NCBI RefSeq assembly: GCF_035084215.1
Contig: NC_090328.1
Span: 56,544,001-56,608,000 of the forward strand
Direction of reading: 5' to 3'
Length of the DNA: 64,000 nt
From: Heptranchias perlo
Lineage: Eukaryota
Under the pieces are notes generated by a model. The model saw only the letters and a program-made list of their open reading frames with translations, was not told the origin of the DNA and did not search any database. The translations under genes were made by a program, and so were the position numbers. Positions 11,215-23,268 of this stretch are shown here, one piece after another (position 1 is the stretch's first letter; each line of letters begins with the position of its first letter).

Positions 11215-12990
11215 TTCATAGTATCATAGTAGGCATAGCATAGGAGGAGACCGTTTGGCTCATCGTGTCTGTGCCAGTTCCTTGAAAGAGCTATCTAATT
11301 AGTCCCATTCCCCTGCCCTTTCCCCATAGCCCTGTAGTTTTTTCCCTTCAAGTATTTATCCAATTCCCTTTTGAAAGTTGCTATGGAATCTGCTTCCACC
11401 ACCCTTTCAAGCAGTGCATTCCAGATCATCATAAGTGCTGTGTTTTAAAAAAAAAATTTGCCATGTCGCCTCTGGCTCTTTTGCTGCTCACCTTAAATCT
11501 GTGTCATAAGAACATAAGAAATAGGAGCAGGAGCAGGCCAATCGGCCCCTCGAGCCTGCTCTGCCATTCAATAAGATCATGGCTGATCTGATCCTCTGGT
11601 CACTGACTGTTCTGCCACTGGAAAGAATTTCTCCTTATTTACTCTGTCAAAACCGTTCATTATTTTGAACATCTCTATCAAATCTCCCCTTAACCTTTTA
11701 AAATTGTACCATTTGGTTTATGTTGCCTCTCCTCATTCTTCCTACCAAAATACATCACTTCAAAGTTCTCTGGTAAATTTCATCAGCTGTGTGTCTGCCC
11801 ATTTCACCAGTCTGTCCCCCTGAAGTCTGTTACTAATCTCCACATTGTTTGCTATATTTCCGAGTTTCATGTCATCTGTAAACTTTGAAATTGTACCCTA
11901 TATACCGAAGTCCAGGTCATTAATATATATCAAAAAGAGCAGTTGTCCTAATACTGCCCCCTGGGCACACCACTGTATACTTCCCTCCAGTCTGAAAAAC
12001 AACTGTTCACCATTACTCTCTGCTTTCTGTCCCCTCGACAATTTTGTATCCACGCTGCCACTGGTCCCTTTAATCCCATGGGCTTTAATTTTGCTAACAA
12101 GTCTATTATGTGGTACTTCATCAAATGCCTTTTGATAGTCCATATACATATCAACCCTCTGTGTTACTTCATTAAATAACTCAATCAAGTTAGTCAAACA
12201 CGATTTTCCTTTAACAAATCCGTGTGCTGATTTTCATTTATCAGCCCATACCTTTCTAAGTGCCAATTTATTTTGTCCCAGATTATTGTCTCTAAATATT
12301 TCCCCACCACTGATGATAGGCTGACTGGCCTGTAATTGCTGGGTTTATCCCCCTCCTTTTTTGAACAGGGGTGTAACATTTGCAATCCTCCAGTCCTCTG
12401 GCACCATCCCCATATCTAAGGAGGGTTGGAAGATTGTGGCCAGAGCCTCCACAATTTCCACCCTTCCCTCAGTGACCTCAGTCCCATCTGGACCAGGTGA
12501 CTTTTCTACTTTGAGTACTGCCAACCTTTTAAGCACCTTCTCTTTACCTAATTTTATCCTATCCAATATCACTACTATCTTCCCCTTTTACTGCTACAAT
12601 GGCAGCATCCTCTTTGGTCTCATGTTGGTGGTTGCAGAAACACCTGTCTGTTCCCCTGACTATCACATTGCCGATAACAAATGCATTTCTTTTGCTCCCC
12701 TGTGCAGCTGAGTCTCCCGTGATGCCGTGGATTTGCTCCTGACTGCACTACCCCGAGATGTTAACATCCTCACTGGTATTCAACACTGAATACTGGTTTG
12801 TGAGCCACACTCCCAGGGGACTCCTGCACTGCCTGTCTGTTTCTCCTAGTCCGTCTGGTAGTCACCCACTCACTCTCCGCCTGAACTCTCTGTAGCTGCG
12901 GGGTGATCACCTCCTGAAATGTGTTATCCACGAAACTCTCAGCTTTCCGTATGTGCTCTAGTGATGCCAGCTGCCCCTCAAGCTCAAGCG
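11215..12990 (-). mobile_element. Fragmented CR1 LINE with a nested short CR1 3' end (~11506-11592)
   Basis: Minus-strand ORFs KVEKSPGPDG, PEDWRIANVTPLFKKG, NYRPVSLSSVVGK and DYQKAFDEVPHNRL; 3' tail at ~11215. Confidence 0.88.
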
Positions 12991-13064
12991 CTCTTGAGCA
13001 TTAATTGCACAGCAAAATAGTTTCTGCTGTGGTGCCAAAGTTGAAGTATAACTGCATAAATCCA

Positions 13065-13269
13065 TGATGTGGAGATGCCGGTGATGGACTGGGGTTGACA
13101 ATTGTTAACAATTTTACAACACCAAGTTATAGTCCAGCAATTTTATTTTAAATTCACAAGCACGTCGTTTTCACATCGTTCACCTGACGAAGGAGGAAGC
13201 CTCCGAAAGCTTGTGAATTTAAAATAAAATTGCTGGACTATAACTTGGTGTTGTAAAATTGTTTACAAT
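13065..13269. mobile_element. Penelope-like element terminal relic with inverted repeats and 12-bp TSD
   Basis: TGCATAAATCCA at 13053-13064 and 13270-13281; 63-bp inverted arms 13099-13161 / 13209-13271 (1 mismatch); related copy at 26530-26654. Confidence 0.8.
13179..13217 (+). ncRNA. Minimal type I hammerhead ribozyme motif
   Basis: UUCAC-CUGACGA-A-GGAGG-AAG-CCUCC-GAAA-GCUU-GUGAA: both core boxes, stem I UUCAC/GUGAA, stem II GGAGG/CCUCC, palindromic AGCU stem III and a CUU cleavage triplet. Confidence 0.75.
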
Positions 13270-13699
13270 TGCATAAATCCAATCAGTGATTTGAAAGTGA
13301 AATCCCTCAACAGTGGTGGGAGGGTTCCCCACCAGAAGTGCAAATTCCTTCTTTTGAAGTTGAAGTCTCCAGCGCCTGTTAGATGTGCAGCATCATAACC
13401 TTATTGTATTGACCAATGTGAGTGGGGCTGATTACCAAATTTAGAATTGCAGACAACAAGTGATTTTGGAGTACCAGTACAAATTGGCGTTCTGTCCTCA
13501 CTTTTCTAACTGTTCCCTGTGTGCTATAAATGTGCACAAATGTATTCTGGAGTTATTTAAACTTGTCAGGGGTTCAAGAAGCTGCTCTAAATCACTCAAG
13601 TTTTGCTCTTGTGGTTTATGACATCTGAACCATTTGAAATTAAAGATTTGTCGTCACACTCGGGTATCTTGTGTTTTTCTCATTCCTGTTTTGCATTAA

Positions 13700-14630
13700 T
13701 AAGCTTGCAGAATGGGCATGTAATTGGCAAATGAATTTCAATATAGATAAGTGTGAGGTGGTACATTTTGGTAGGAAGAATAAGGAGGCCACTTATTATC
13801 CAAGGCTTGGATAATAGTCTAAATGAGGTGGAGGAGCAGAGGGATCTGGGGGTACGCATACATAAATCACTAAAAGTAGCAGTGCTGGTTAATAAGACTT
13901 TTTTTAAAAAAAAGCAAACCAAGCACTGGGTTTCATTTCTAGAGGGATAGAATTTGAAAAGCACAGAAGTTAGTTAAACTTGTACCGAACCTTAGTTAGA
14001 CCACACTTGGACTACTGTGAACAGTTCTGGTCTCCATATTATAAAAAGAATATAGAGGCACTGGAGAAGGAGCAAAAAAATTCACAAGGATGATACCAGA
14101 AATGGAAGGATATACTGAACAGGCTGGGGCTGTTTTCTCTGGAAAAGAAGACAGAGGTGACCTGATAGAGGTCTTTAAGATTATGAAAGGTTTTGATAGG
14201 GTAGAAGTAGAGATGATGTTTCCACTTGTGAGGAGACCAGAACTAGGGGCCATAAGCATAAGATCACTAAAAAATCCAATAGGGAATTCAGGAGAAACTT
14301 CTTCACCCGGAGAGTGGTAAGAATGTGGAACTCGCTACCACAAGGAGTAGATGAGGCGACTAGCATAGATGCATTTAAGGGGAAGCTAGATAAACACATG
14401 ACCATATTCTGACTTACTATGCAACGCCACTGCAGATCAACGAGCATTTTTTAATAAAATGTGTAGGGCACACACTTCCTCGCCTTGCTACCTGTTGGAG
14501 AAAGGAATGGAAGGATATGCCGATAGGGTTAGATGAAGTAGGGAGGGAGGAGGCTCGTGTGGAGCATAAACACCGGCATAACCCTGTTGGGCTGAATGGC
14601 CTGATTTTGTGCTGTACATTCTATGTAATA
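13700..14630 (+). mobile_element. 5'-truncated CR1 with a ~97-bp unrelated insert (~14401-14496)
   Basis: WQMNFNIDKCEV, EEQRDLGV, RGDLIEVFKIMKGFDRV; tail GTGCTGTACATTCTATG. Confidence 0.88.
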
Positions 14631-15496
14631 TAGAAGATGGCAGCTGACCTGGGAGAGAGGCTTCAGAAACTTACTCCACAGTCACCTAATGGTCAGAGCT
14701 TGCAACCACATTGTAATAGTTGACATAGCAAAATTGAATGGGAAATATTGACAGAAGAGTATGTCCAAACATTGTGACAACAGGTAGCAAGGAAATGTGT
14801 ACCCTACACATTTAAAAAAATAAAATAATGCTAGTTGATCTGCAGTGGGTGTTGCACACAGTAAGTCAGAGAATATGGTCACTCTCTTACCTGTATCTGA
14901 TTTTGTTTCTTTCTCTGCTCTCATTCTGTTCCCCTCTGTCTCTCCTTACCTTCGCTTCTCTTTCCTCCTGCTTGTCTTTTTTTCTTTTTGGGTGGTAGAT
15001 GGTGGATGGAATGCTGTGGTGGGGAAGAGAGTCACCAACAGCTGCAGGCTGCATTTGCGGTAGGGGTTGCAGGGAAAATGTGGCTTAGTGGCTCGCTTCC
15101 CTCCAAGGACATCCCTTATATGCTTGGCCTCAATATACTTGGTACTCAGCATTTAGGGTGAATTATGCATTGTGTACTGAATATATTTAATGTGCTACTC
15201 ACTGGGATACAGTATGGATAATTTGTAATCAATATGGTGATCATTTGTAAGGGAGTAGAACTAGTAAACATTGAGGGATTGGAGATGTCAAAAATGATGA
15301 AACATGTTGGTGCAAACTAGTGGAATATCATTTAAATTTCATTTTGAACAGTGAAACTCAGCCAAATTACATAGTTTGAGGTAGGAATTAATAGTTTTGT
15401 TTAAATACTTCTGGTATTGCTCATTGTGTAGAATTAATTTAAGATACTTTTACATGTAAAAAATTTCAACACCATTCTTGATTCCTTAGATCTAAT

Positions 15497-15653
15497 ATGT
15501 CAAGGCCTACAAGTGTGTCCCCACGACCTGGCAGCGCCCAATCAAGCCAAGCTGCCTCTAAAGCCAAAGGATTTAAGGATATCCGGATTGATGAAGAAGT
15601 GAAAATTGCAGTTAACATCGCCCTAGAGAGATTCCGTTACAGTGATCAAAAAG
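15497..15653 (+). CDS. YTHDC2: YTHDC2 coding exon 1 (exon begins 15490; ATG 15497)
   Basis: MSRPTSVSPR...KDIRIDEEVKIAVNIALERFRYSDQK; acceptor TTAG|A, donor AAG|GT; ends phase 1. Confidence 0.95.
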
Positions 15654-15914
15654 GTGGATGCAGTAACTGCATTTGTTGCTGAAAAATTCTTTTCGATTTT
15701 CTTTGGCATTAATATTTGGATAATGAAACTTGGATTGTTTTGAAATAGTCATTGGATAATACTTTTGCTTTTGTATTTTGATTTTAAAAACATAATTGAA
15801 AAATAAAATAATTTGTAAGTTAAATTCCATATTGAAGTTTCTATCAAATATTCTGCTTAGACCATGTGCATTACAAAATAAATTTCCTTTTAATTTTCTT
15901 GGGACTATTATTGA

Positions 15915-16800
15915 AGGAAGGAAGGAACTTGACTTTATTCAGTCCCTTATCACGACCTCAGGTCATCCTAACCGCTTTACAGTCAATGGGTTATTTTCAA
16001 AGTGCAGTCAATATTATTAAACAGACAAACACGGCAGTTAGTCTGCATGCTGCAAGGACCCACAAACATTAAATGAATGAATAGCCAGTTAATCTGTTCT
16101 TGTGGTGTTGATTGAGAGAGGACTGTTGGCCAGTACACCGGGAGAACTCCTTGCCTTTCTAATACTGCTATGGGATCTCATGTCTAACTGAGCAGCCTTG
16201 GCTCAGAGGTAGCACTCTTGCCTCTGAGTCAGAAGTTTGTGGGTTCAAGTCATCCTTGAGCACAAAATCTAGATTGACACTTCAGTGCAGTACTGAGGGA
16301 GCGCTGCACTGTCGGAGGTGTCGTCCTTTGGATGAGGCGTTGTACCTAGGCCCTTCTGCCCTCTCTCAGGTGGGCATAAGATCCCATGGCACTATTCAAA
16401 GAAGAGCAAGGGAGTGCTTGCTGGTGTCTTGGCCAATATTTATCCCTCAACCAACAGCACTAAATCAGATTATCTGATCACTATCTTATTGCTGTTTGTG
16501 GGACCTTGCTGGGTTTCCTACATTACAACAATGACAACACTTCAAAAGTACTTCATTGGCTGTAAAGTACTTTGGGAATATCCTGAGGTTATGAAAGGTA
16601 CTATATAAATGTAAGTTCTCTCTCTCTTTGAGCAGGCATACAGGGCTTCAGTTTGACATCTCATCCAAGAGATGGTACCTTCTTCAATCCTGCACTGAAA
16701 CATTCTCAGTACTGCACTGATGTGTCAGCCTTAAATTATGTGATCAAACCTTTTGGGCTTAAACGCACAATTTTCTGAGTTAGTTGAGCCAAGCTGACGT
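15915..16800 (-). mobile_element. Old Deu-domain SINE split by a younger opposite-strand SINE
   Basis: 15915-16190 and 16630-16800 together resemble the minus-strand SINE at 63397-63845. Confidence 0.65.
16192..16628 (+). mobile_element. tRNA-headed Deu-domain SINE (SacSINE1-like) with L2-type tail
   Basis: A box TGGCTCAGAGG, B box GGTTCAAGT, CAGTGCAGTACTGAGGGAGCGCTGCACTG and GGATGAG core, tail CTATATAAATGTAAGT. Confidence 0.82.
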
Positions 16801-16804
16801 GTAA

Positions 16805-18640
16805 GCACTCAACCTATCGTGCCTGTGCTGCTTTTCTGGAAGAACTATCCACTTAGTCCCATTCTCTGCCCTTTCCCTATAGCTTTTAAGATTTTTCTTT
16901 TACAAATACTTACCTACTTCCATTTGAAAGTTATTATGGATTCTGCTTTCACCACTGTTTCTGATCAGGCATTCATGTTCTTTGCATTAATAAAAAAATT
17001 TCCTAACCTCTTGTTCTTTTGAAATTACTAAAGATATTTTAATGCACCACATGACTTTACACAACATTTTTCATCTTTCCCTGTGATCATTGGTTGTCAG
17101 CTTGAAAATCCTTTGTGAAGATAAGTCATAAATTGGGGAGAGCCACAGTTCCAATTAGTGTAAACATACAAATTTGATCTGAGGTAGTTTAAATTTTTAA
17201 TGTGTTAGAATTATACAATTTTATAGGAAAGCTTTTGGCCCATCGTGTCTGTTAGCTGTCTGAAAGAGCTATCGACTTAGTGCCTTTTCAGTATATCGTT
17301 TTTAAAAAAAAATTATTTTTCATAGAATCACACAGCACAGAGGAGGCCATTCAACCCATGGTGCCTGTGCCTGCCCTTTGAAAGAGCTATCCAATTAGTC
17401 CTACTCCCCCGCTCTTTCCCCATAGTCCTACAATTTTTTCCATTTCAAGTATATATCCAATTCCCTTTTGAAGGTTACTATTGCATCTGCTTCCACTACC
17501 CTTTCAGGCATTGCATTGCATTCCAGATCATAACTCGCTGCGTAAAAACATTTTTGCCTCGTCTCCCCCCTGGTTCTTTTGCAAATTATCTTAAATCTGT
17601 GTCCTCTGGTTAGCGAACCTCCTGTGAGTGCAAACAGTTTCTCCCTATCTACTATCAAAACCCTTCCTAATTTTGAACACCTCTATTAAATCTCCCCTTA
17701 CCCTTCTTTGCTCTAAGGAGAACAATCTCAGCTTCTCTAATCTCTCCACATAACTAAAGCTCCTCATCCCTGATGCTGTTCTAATAAATCTTCTCTGCAC
17801 CCTCTCCAAGGCCTTGACATCCTTGCTAAAATATCGTGCCCAAAATTGGACACAGTACTCCAGATGAGGCCTAACCAGTGATTTATAAAGGTTTAGCATA
17901 ACTTTGTTGCTTTTATCTATGCCTCTACATTTAAAGCCAAGGATCCCTTACGGGTTTTTTCACAGCTTTATCAACTTGTCCTCCCACCTTTTTAAATATG
18001 TATTCACTAGATTCTGCTTCCACTACTCAGTCTCGTAGGACATTCTATGTCCTAACAATAGACTGCCTAAAATTAAATAAATACGTTCTTATAACCTTTT
18101 CTTTTGGTGATGATCATAAATTTGTGCAATCAAGTTAAGAACTCATTGACCAGTCTTCACAGTAAGCCATACTCCCTATTGTGACATATACTTGTCACAC
18201 AAGACTTGCCTTTTACAAATCTGCATTGGCTGTTTGTGATTAATCCATGTTGTTGTAAGTGATTATTAATTTTATCCTGTATAAACCTGTAGAAGCTTAC
18301 TACTGATGTTAGGCTGATCAATCTATAGTTACGCAGTTTATCTCTTTGTCCCTTCTTGAGCAGAGATGTTACATTGGCGACCGCCCATTCCTCTGGCACA
18401 ATTTCCATGTCCAGGGATGTTTGAAAGATTGTGGTCAGATACTCTGCTATTTCCTCTTTGGTTTCCCTCAGTATTTTAGGATGCATGTCACCAATTTTGA
18501 CAGAGTTCCACCAACTGCTTCAGTACTTCCTTGTTATCTGTAGTTCTATCTAATTGCTGCACTTTCTCTTTTACCACTGTCACCTATCTTTGAAAACGGA
18601 GGCAAAATCTCCACTCTTTCAGAGACGTTTTTCTTTAGTC
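16805..18640 (-). mobile_element. Cluster of CR1 fragments (main copy ~17320-18000)
   Basis: LYKSLVRPHLEYCVQFW...RGDLIEVFK and HPKILRETKEEIAE...NYRLISLTSVV. Confidence 0.85.
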
Positions 18641-19448
18641 TCTAGTCAGCTTCGTAACTGGCACTGTAAATGCTCTATCATATGTACATTGGTTTGCCAG
18701 TACTTTTTGCTGTGATTCCCTAATGCAACATGTTTTGATTGTAGCTCACGAGAGAGAGTAGAAAACAACTTGTTTTAGTACAGGTAGAAATAGAAAATCA
18801 CTTTGATGAATCACTCTGAGCCACTCTTCTGCATGCACTAATGGGGCAGGGGATTGCAGGCCAGTATTAGTAGGAGCTGGAGCAGGTTGGCTGCCAATGC
18901 TCTTGACTGGAGAATGGTGCATAGCATAGGAACCTGAAACAAAATAATGAAAAGGTGAAGGAATTGTGCAATGTGTATGAGAGGAAAGTTGATACTTGGG
19001 TAGTAATCCTATTTAATGGTTAAGACGTCTTCAGTCTGGAGCACCAAAATTCTAGCAGGTTATCATCTGAATACCAAGATAAGATCACCAAACTGGAAAT
19101 CATTCCCATGATTCCCCTTGTGTAAGATACACTTTGAAGTTAAAGTTATGTTTTGGTTCCATTTCTTTTGTTGACAGCAGATGCCGTGTGTGTGTGGAGG
19201 CCATTGTCCTTGTATAGTAAGCTTTCATTCTAGGGAACATAGTTTATTGTTTTGGTAAGAACTCGAATGAAGATGACTGAGAAAAGAATGTTTCACCATT
19301 CATTGCAAAATTGGGGGTTCTAACAGTATGCTGCAGAGTCTCTTGCTGCGATTTGATGTACTTGAGGCATTTCAAATTATGTAAACTAGGTAAAATATTA
19401 CATAACTGCCATTTGCACCAGCTACAACTGATTTGTTTTTTCTTCTAG

Positions 19449-19539
19449 AAATGGAATTTCCATCCTCCTTGACTAGTACAGAAAGGGCATTTATTCATCG
19501 TCTTGCCCAGTCCCTTGGCTTGATCTCTAAAAGCAAAGG
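19449..19539 (+). CDS. YTHDC2: YTHDC2 coding exon 2 (R3H)
   Basis: EMEFPSSLTSTERAFIHRLAQSLGLISKSKG; TAG| acceptor, |GTGAGT donor; 91 nt. Confidence 0.96.
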
Positions 19540-20349
19540 GTGAGTTGCAAAGATTTGGGACATGTTTGATGCTTGCATGCTATAGTTTCCTGTTACTAGT
19601 GTTACAGAATATTTTGTTCTGGGTAAGTGATGCAGAGTCTTCCAGTTAATAAATACCTAGTACATCAACCAATCACAATTGAAATGCTTTTATATCTCTT
19701 TTAAATGTGAGTTTTAATATATTTACATTCCAAACAATGTATTGAATTGTTTTCAGTTTTCCCTACTATTTTACACCAAAGATGTAAAATATATGTGAAA
19801 ATAAATCACTGATTATTAAAAGGTGCTGTGTTGTATGCATGAAGGAAATGGAAAGATTGTTTCAATTTAATAGCTCCACCAGGCTGAATAAAGCCCCCAA
19901 AGTGAACTCACTAGAATGATCCATTTGCAAATTAAGCACTTTGTCAGCAAAAGCCGACTGAAGTGGAGTTACCCAGTACTGAAGAACTTGCTGTACCCTA
20001 ACCTCCCACAAACAAGCAATAAAACTACTTTTGTGGGAGTTAAATACCTTTATCTCCATGTGGGATGAGAGAAATGTACATGGGGCCAAAGCCTAGGAAA
20101 AAGCTCTTAAAAACCCACATTCGTCAACAGTTGAGTTGATTTATGAAGCAGTGCATTGTCTCCACTTAAAATAAATTTAAAAGTGGACAGATTAAAATGA
20201 AGACTATCTCTACCTGTATGAAAAAAAGAGCCCTTATGTCCTGAGTGATCATATTCAACTTGTGTCTATAGTGAAGTAACAGGAATCAACTTGTAGTTTT
20301 GCACATAACCTTGTTCCAAGAGTTACTATTATCAAATTAATTATAGTTA

Positions 20350-21670
20350 GTGATTATTTGGAATCAGCTCCCTGTTTGTTCTTGCTTCCCCCACCACACC
20401 CCATTTGAATCCCTTCAGTTTTGTTTCCACTCTCTCCACAGTACTGACCGTGTCCTGGCCCAAGTCACCAATTTTGTCCTCTGTGGGGGATGGAGCATTA
20501 TCCTGCTTTGCCCTCAGTGACTTTTCCAAGGCCTTCATTATAATTGACCATTCCATTCTCCTCTACTACTTTTCTATTCACCTTAATGTACCACTGTTGT
20601 ATAGTTCCATTCCTACTTGTCTCAACATATCCAGTTGTACTCCTGCAGAGAGTTCTCCCACCCTCACACAGTCACTCCTGGTTTGCTCAAGCCTCCATCT
20701 TTGAACCGTACTCTGCTATTCTTTCTCAATATATTACCTCTTGTCACTATTATCTTTAAGCTTGGGATCAGTTTTCATATTTACACTGGTGATATTCCAA
20801 CTTTACCATCACCTTGATCTCAGAGTTACAGAGCTATCCAACTACTTGTTCGACATCAAGTTATGGACGAATCAGAGCTTTCCTACCTCATTGACTAGAA
20901 TAAAGCCTTCGTATCAGGCTTCTGCAAGAAACACTGCACCCTAGCACCTGATTTCACTTTCTGGCCCCTTCCTCAGCTGTTCTCTCAGACTGAACCTGCC
21001 AGTGTGCAACCTCTGGTCCTTTTGACCATGAGCTGAGCTTCAAACTTCACATTCTATCCATCACAATGACTGCCTATTTCAAGCTCCTAAAACATCACCT
21101 ACCTTCATCCCTACCTCCCACCACCACCACCACCACCACCGCTGAAATTCTCATCCAAGCTTTCACCTCCAAGATCTACTTTTACAATGAACTCTTTGCC
21201 AGCATCTCACAAATTCCATCACTCACATCCAGTACCAAGTCCTGCTTATCTATTGCCCCTGTTCTTACGACCTACTTCTGGCTCCGTGCCCTTCAACATT
21301 AGTTTCAAAATCCTCGTTTACGAATTTTTCCATGGTCTTTGCACCACTCTTATCATTCACTCTTCCAATGTTGACCTACTGTGTCCTGTTCCCCTCCCCA
21401 CCCTCTGCTCTAATGGTGGCCAAACCATCAGCCATCATGCCCCTGTAGTTTGGAATTCTTTCTCTAAATGCCACTGTCTTGCTACAATCTCCTGACCTTA
21501 AAGCATGCTCAAAACCTGTCCTTTGACACCTGCCCTAATAATTCTTCTCCCAATTGTTGTTCAGTGTTTGCATTCACTTCTCTTCCCCCCCCCCCCCCCC
21601 CCTCCAAAGCACATGTGAAGTCCTCTGGAGCTTGTGGCTAGATTAAAGGCACTACATTAGTGCTTGTTGC
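20350..21670 (+). mobile_element. Heavily decayed L2 LINE
   Basis: DFSKAFIIIDHSILL resembles L2 'DLSAAFDTVDHSILL'; FHIYTGD resembles YADD; L2-like tail TTAAAGGCACTAC. Confidence 0.65.
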
Positions 21671-21999
21671 AGTTTTTATGGATATTTTCATTACATGTCT
21701 ATTCAAATGGAGCTTTGAACACTGCCTGTTATGAAGAGAAAGCAAAATTGTGTTTAAGAAGTTGCAGCACTGTGGTTTAGCTGCACAAAATAATTTGTTT
21801 TATATGTTATGAAATAGTTTTTGTTTTGGTTTAACATTTTTCTTTAATGACTTTTAGTTAATTCACAGTTCATGAAAGCTATACTGCCATACTGCAGTAA
21901 AAAAAAAATGTTTTCCATACGGCAAAGTTCCCTTTTCTGTTTATAGTGCTTTGCCATTTAAAGTTGTTTGAGAAACAGTCATTGATTCTTTCCTTTCAG

Positions 22000-22196
22000 A
22001 AAAGGGGCACACAGATTTCTTACAATAAAGAAAAAAGATGGCTCTGAGATGGCTCAGGCTGTCATGACCTGCACGCTAACTCACAGTATGAAACATGCCA
22101 TTCGCAATCTAATTCAGAGGTTTCCTGTGACTAATAAAGAGCGCACAGATCTTTTACCCAAAACTGAACGTGGGAATGCATTAACTGTTGAAGCAG
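22000..22196 (+). CDS. YTHDC2: YTHDC2 coding exon 3
   Basis: KGAHRFLTIKKKDGSE...LIQRFPVTNKERTDLLPKTERGNALTVEA; CAG| and |GTATGT; 197 nt. Confidence 0.96.
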
Positions 22197-23065
22197 GTAT
22201 GTAATACTGTTTATTTTGGAGGGAGGAAATAAACAGTTGGTAAGTTTATCTCGCAGTTTTAATGGTTAAAAAAAATCTTGCAATTAATTTGGTTACTTTT
22301 TGCAGAGTCCAAACCAGCAGGTGGAGTTGAGGGTGATTACAGGGCTTGCTTTTGGACTTTTTTTGTTGCTGAAAATTCATTGAAGACCATAATATTTAAT
22401 GGCCTAGATTTTCTGATTGGCATTATTTAAAATAAATGGCTGTTGTTAAAAAGATTGCTGATCGGAAAATCCTAATATACAGATGTAACCGAAAAAAACA
22501 TATTTCTGTTTTTAAAAACATAGATTTTGGTATCTGCATTATATTTTAGAAATTTCCAGACAATCCACTCTACGCTGCTTTTAGCCTTCAAAGCAATAAA
22601 TGAGGCACGCTACGTATGCCGCAAAGGTGCATTTTTAAAAATGGAATGGAACTTTGGACAGTTGTGAAAATCTTAATGTATTTTGCAATTAGCATTTAAA
22701 TTGAGGGCATTTTGTAGATTGAAAATTTAATAAAATATTTAGAGCAAAAGAATGACAGTTTCTTCATAATTGTAACTGTTCTAATAGTCTTCAAATCTCG
22801 TGGCAATAAATGCTAACCACTGGGAGTCTAGGTTCACCAAAGCCTGAAGAGGAGCTTGCATGTAAGGTTGCAATAGTTACTAATCTCTACATTGTTGGTC
22901 CAAGTCTTAAACATATATATCTATTCATTATTTTTACAGGTTCATTTTGCGCAAGTCTCATTTTATGAGATACATTGTAATAGTTTGTGTAGATAAGCTG
23001 TCTTTAGTTTTAACATTGATTTTCAAGATGTGCTTTAGTTGGTTACACTTTTCTGCCCCCGCTAG

Positions 23066-23268
23066 AAAACAACCGAGAAATGAATAAGACCAGTGGTAGA
23101 CTCAACAATGGCATTCCTCAAGTTCCACCAAAACGAGGAGATTCCGAATTGGATGCCTTTAGACAGTCTCTGCCTGTTTTTGAAAAGCGAGATGAAATAG
23201 TGAAAATCATAAAAGAGAACAGAGTGATTTTAATAGTTGGAGAAACAGGATCTGGAAAAACTACACAG
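23066..23268 (+). CDS. YTHDC2: YTHDC2 coding exon 4 (helicase motif I)
   Basis: NNREMNKTSGRLNNGIPQ...RQSLPVF...GETGSGKTTQ; 203 nt. Confidence 0.97.

Noticed and set aside
16192-16262. tRNA genes (also ~57400-57478 and ~63780-63842)
   Set aside because: A/B boxes run straight into SINE bodies; no cloverleaf acceptor stem.
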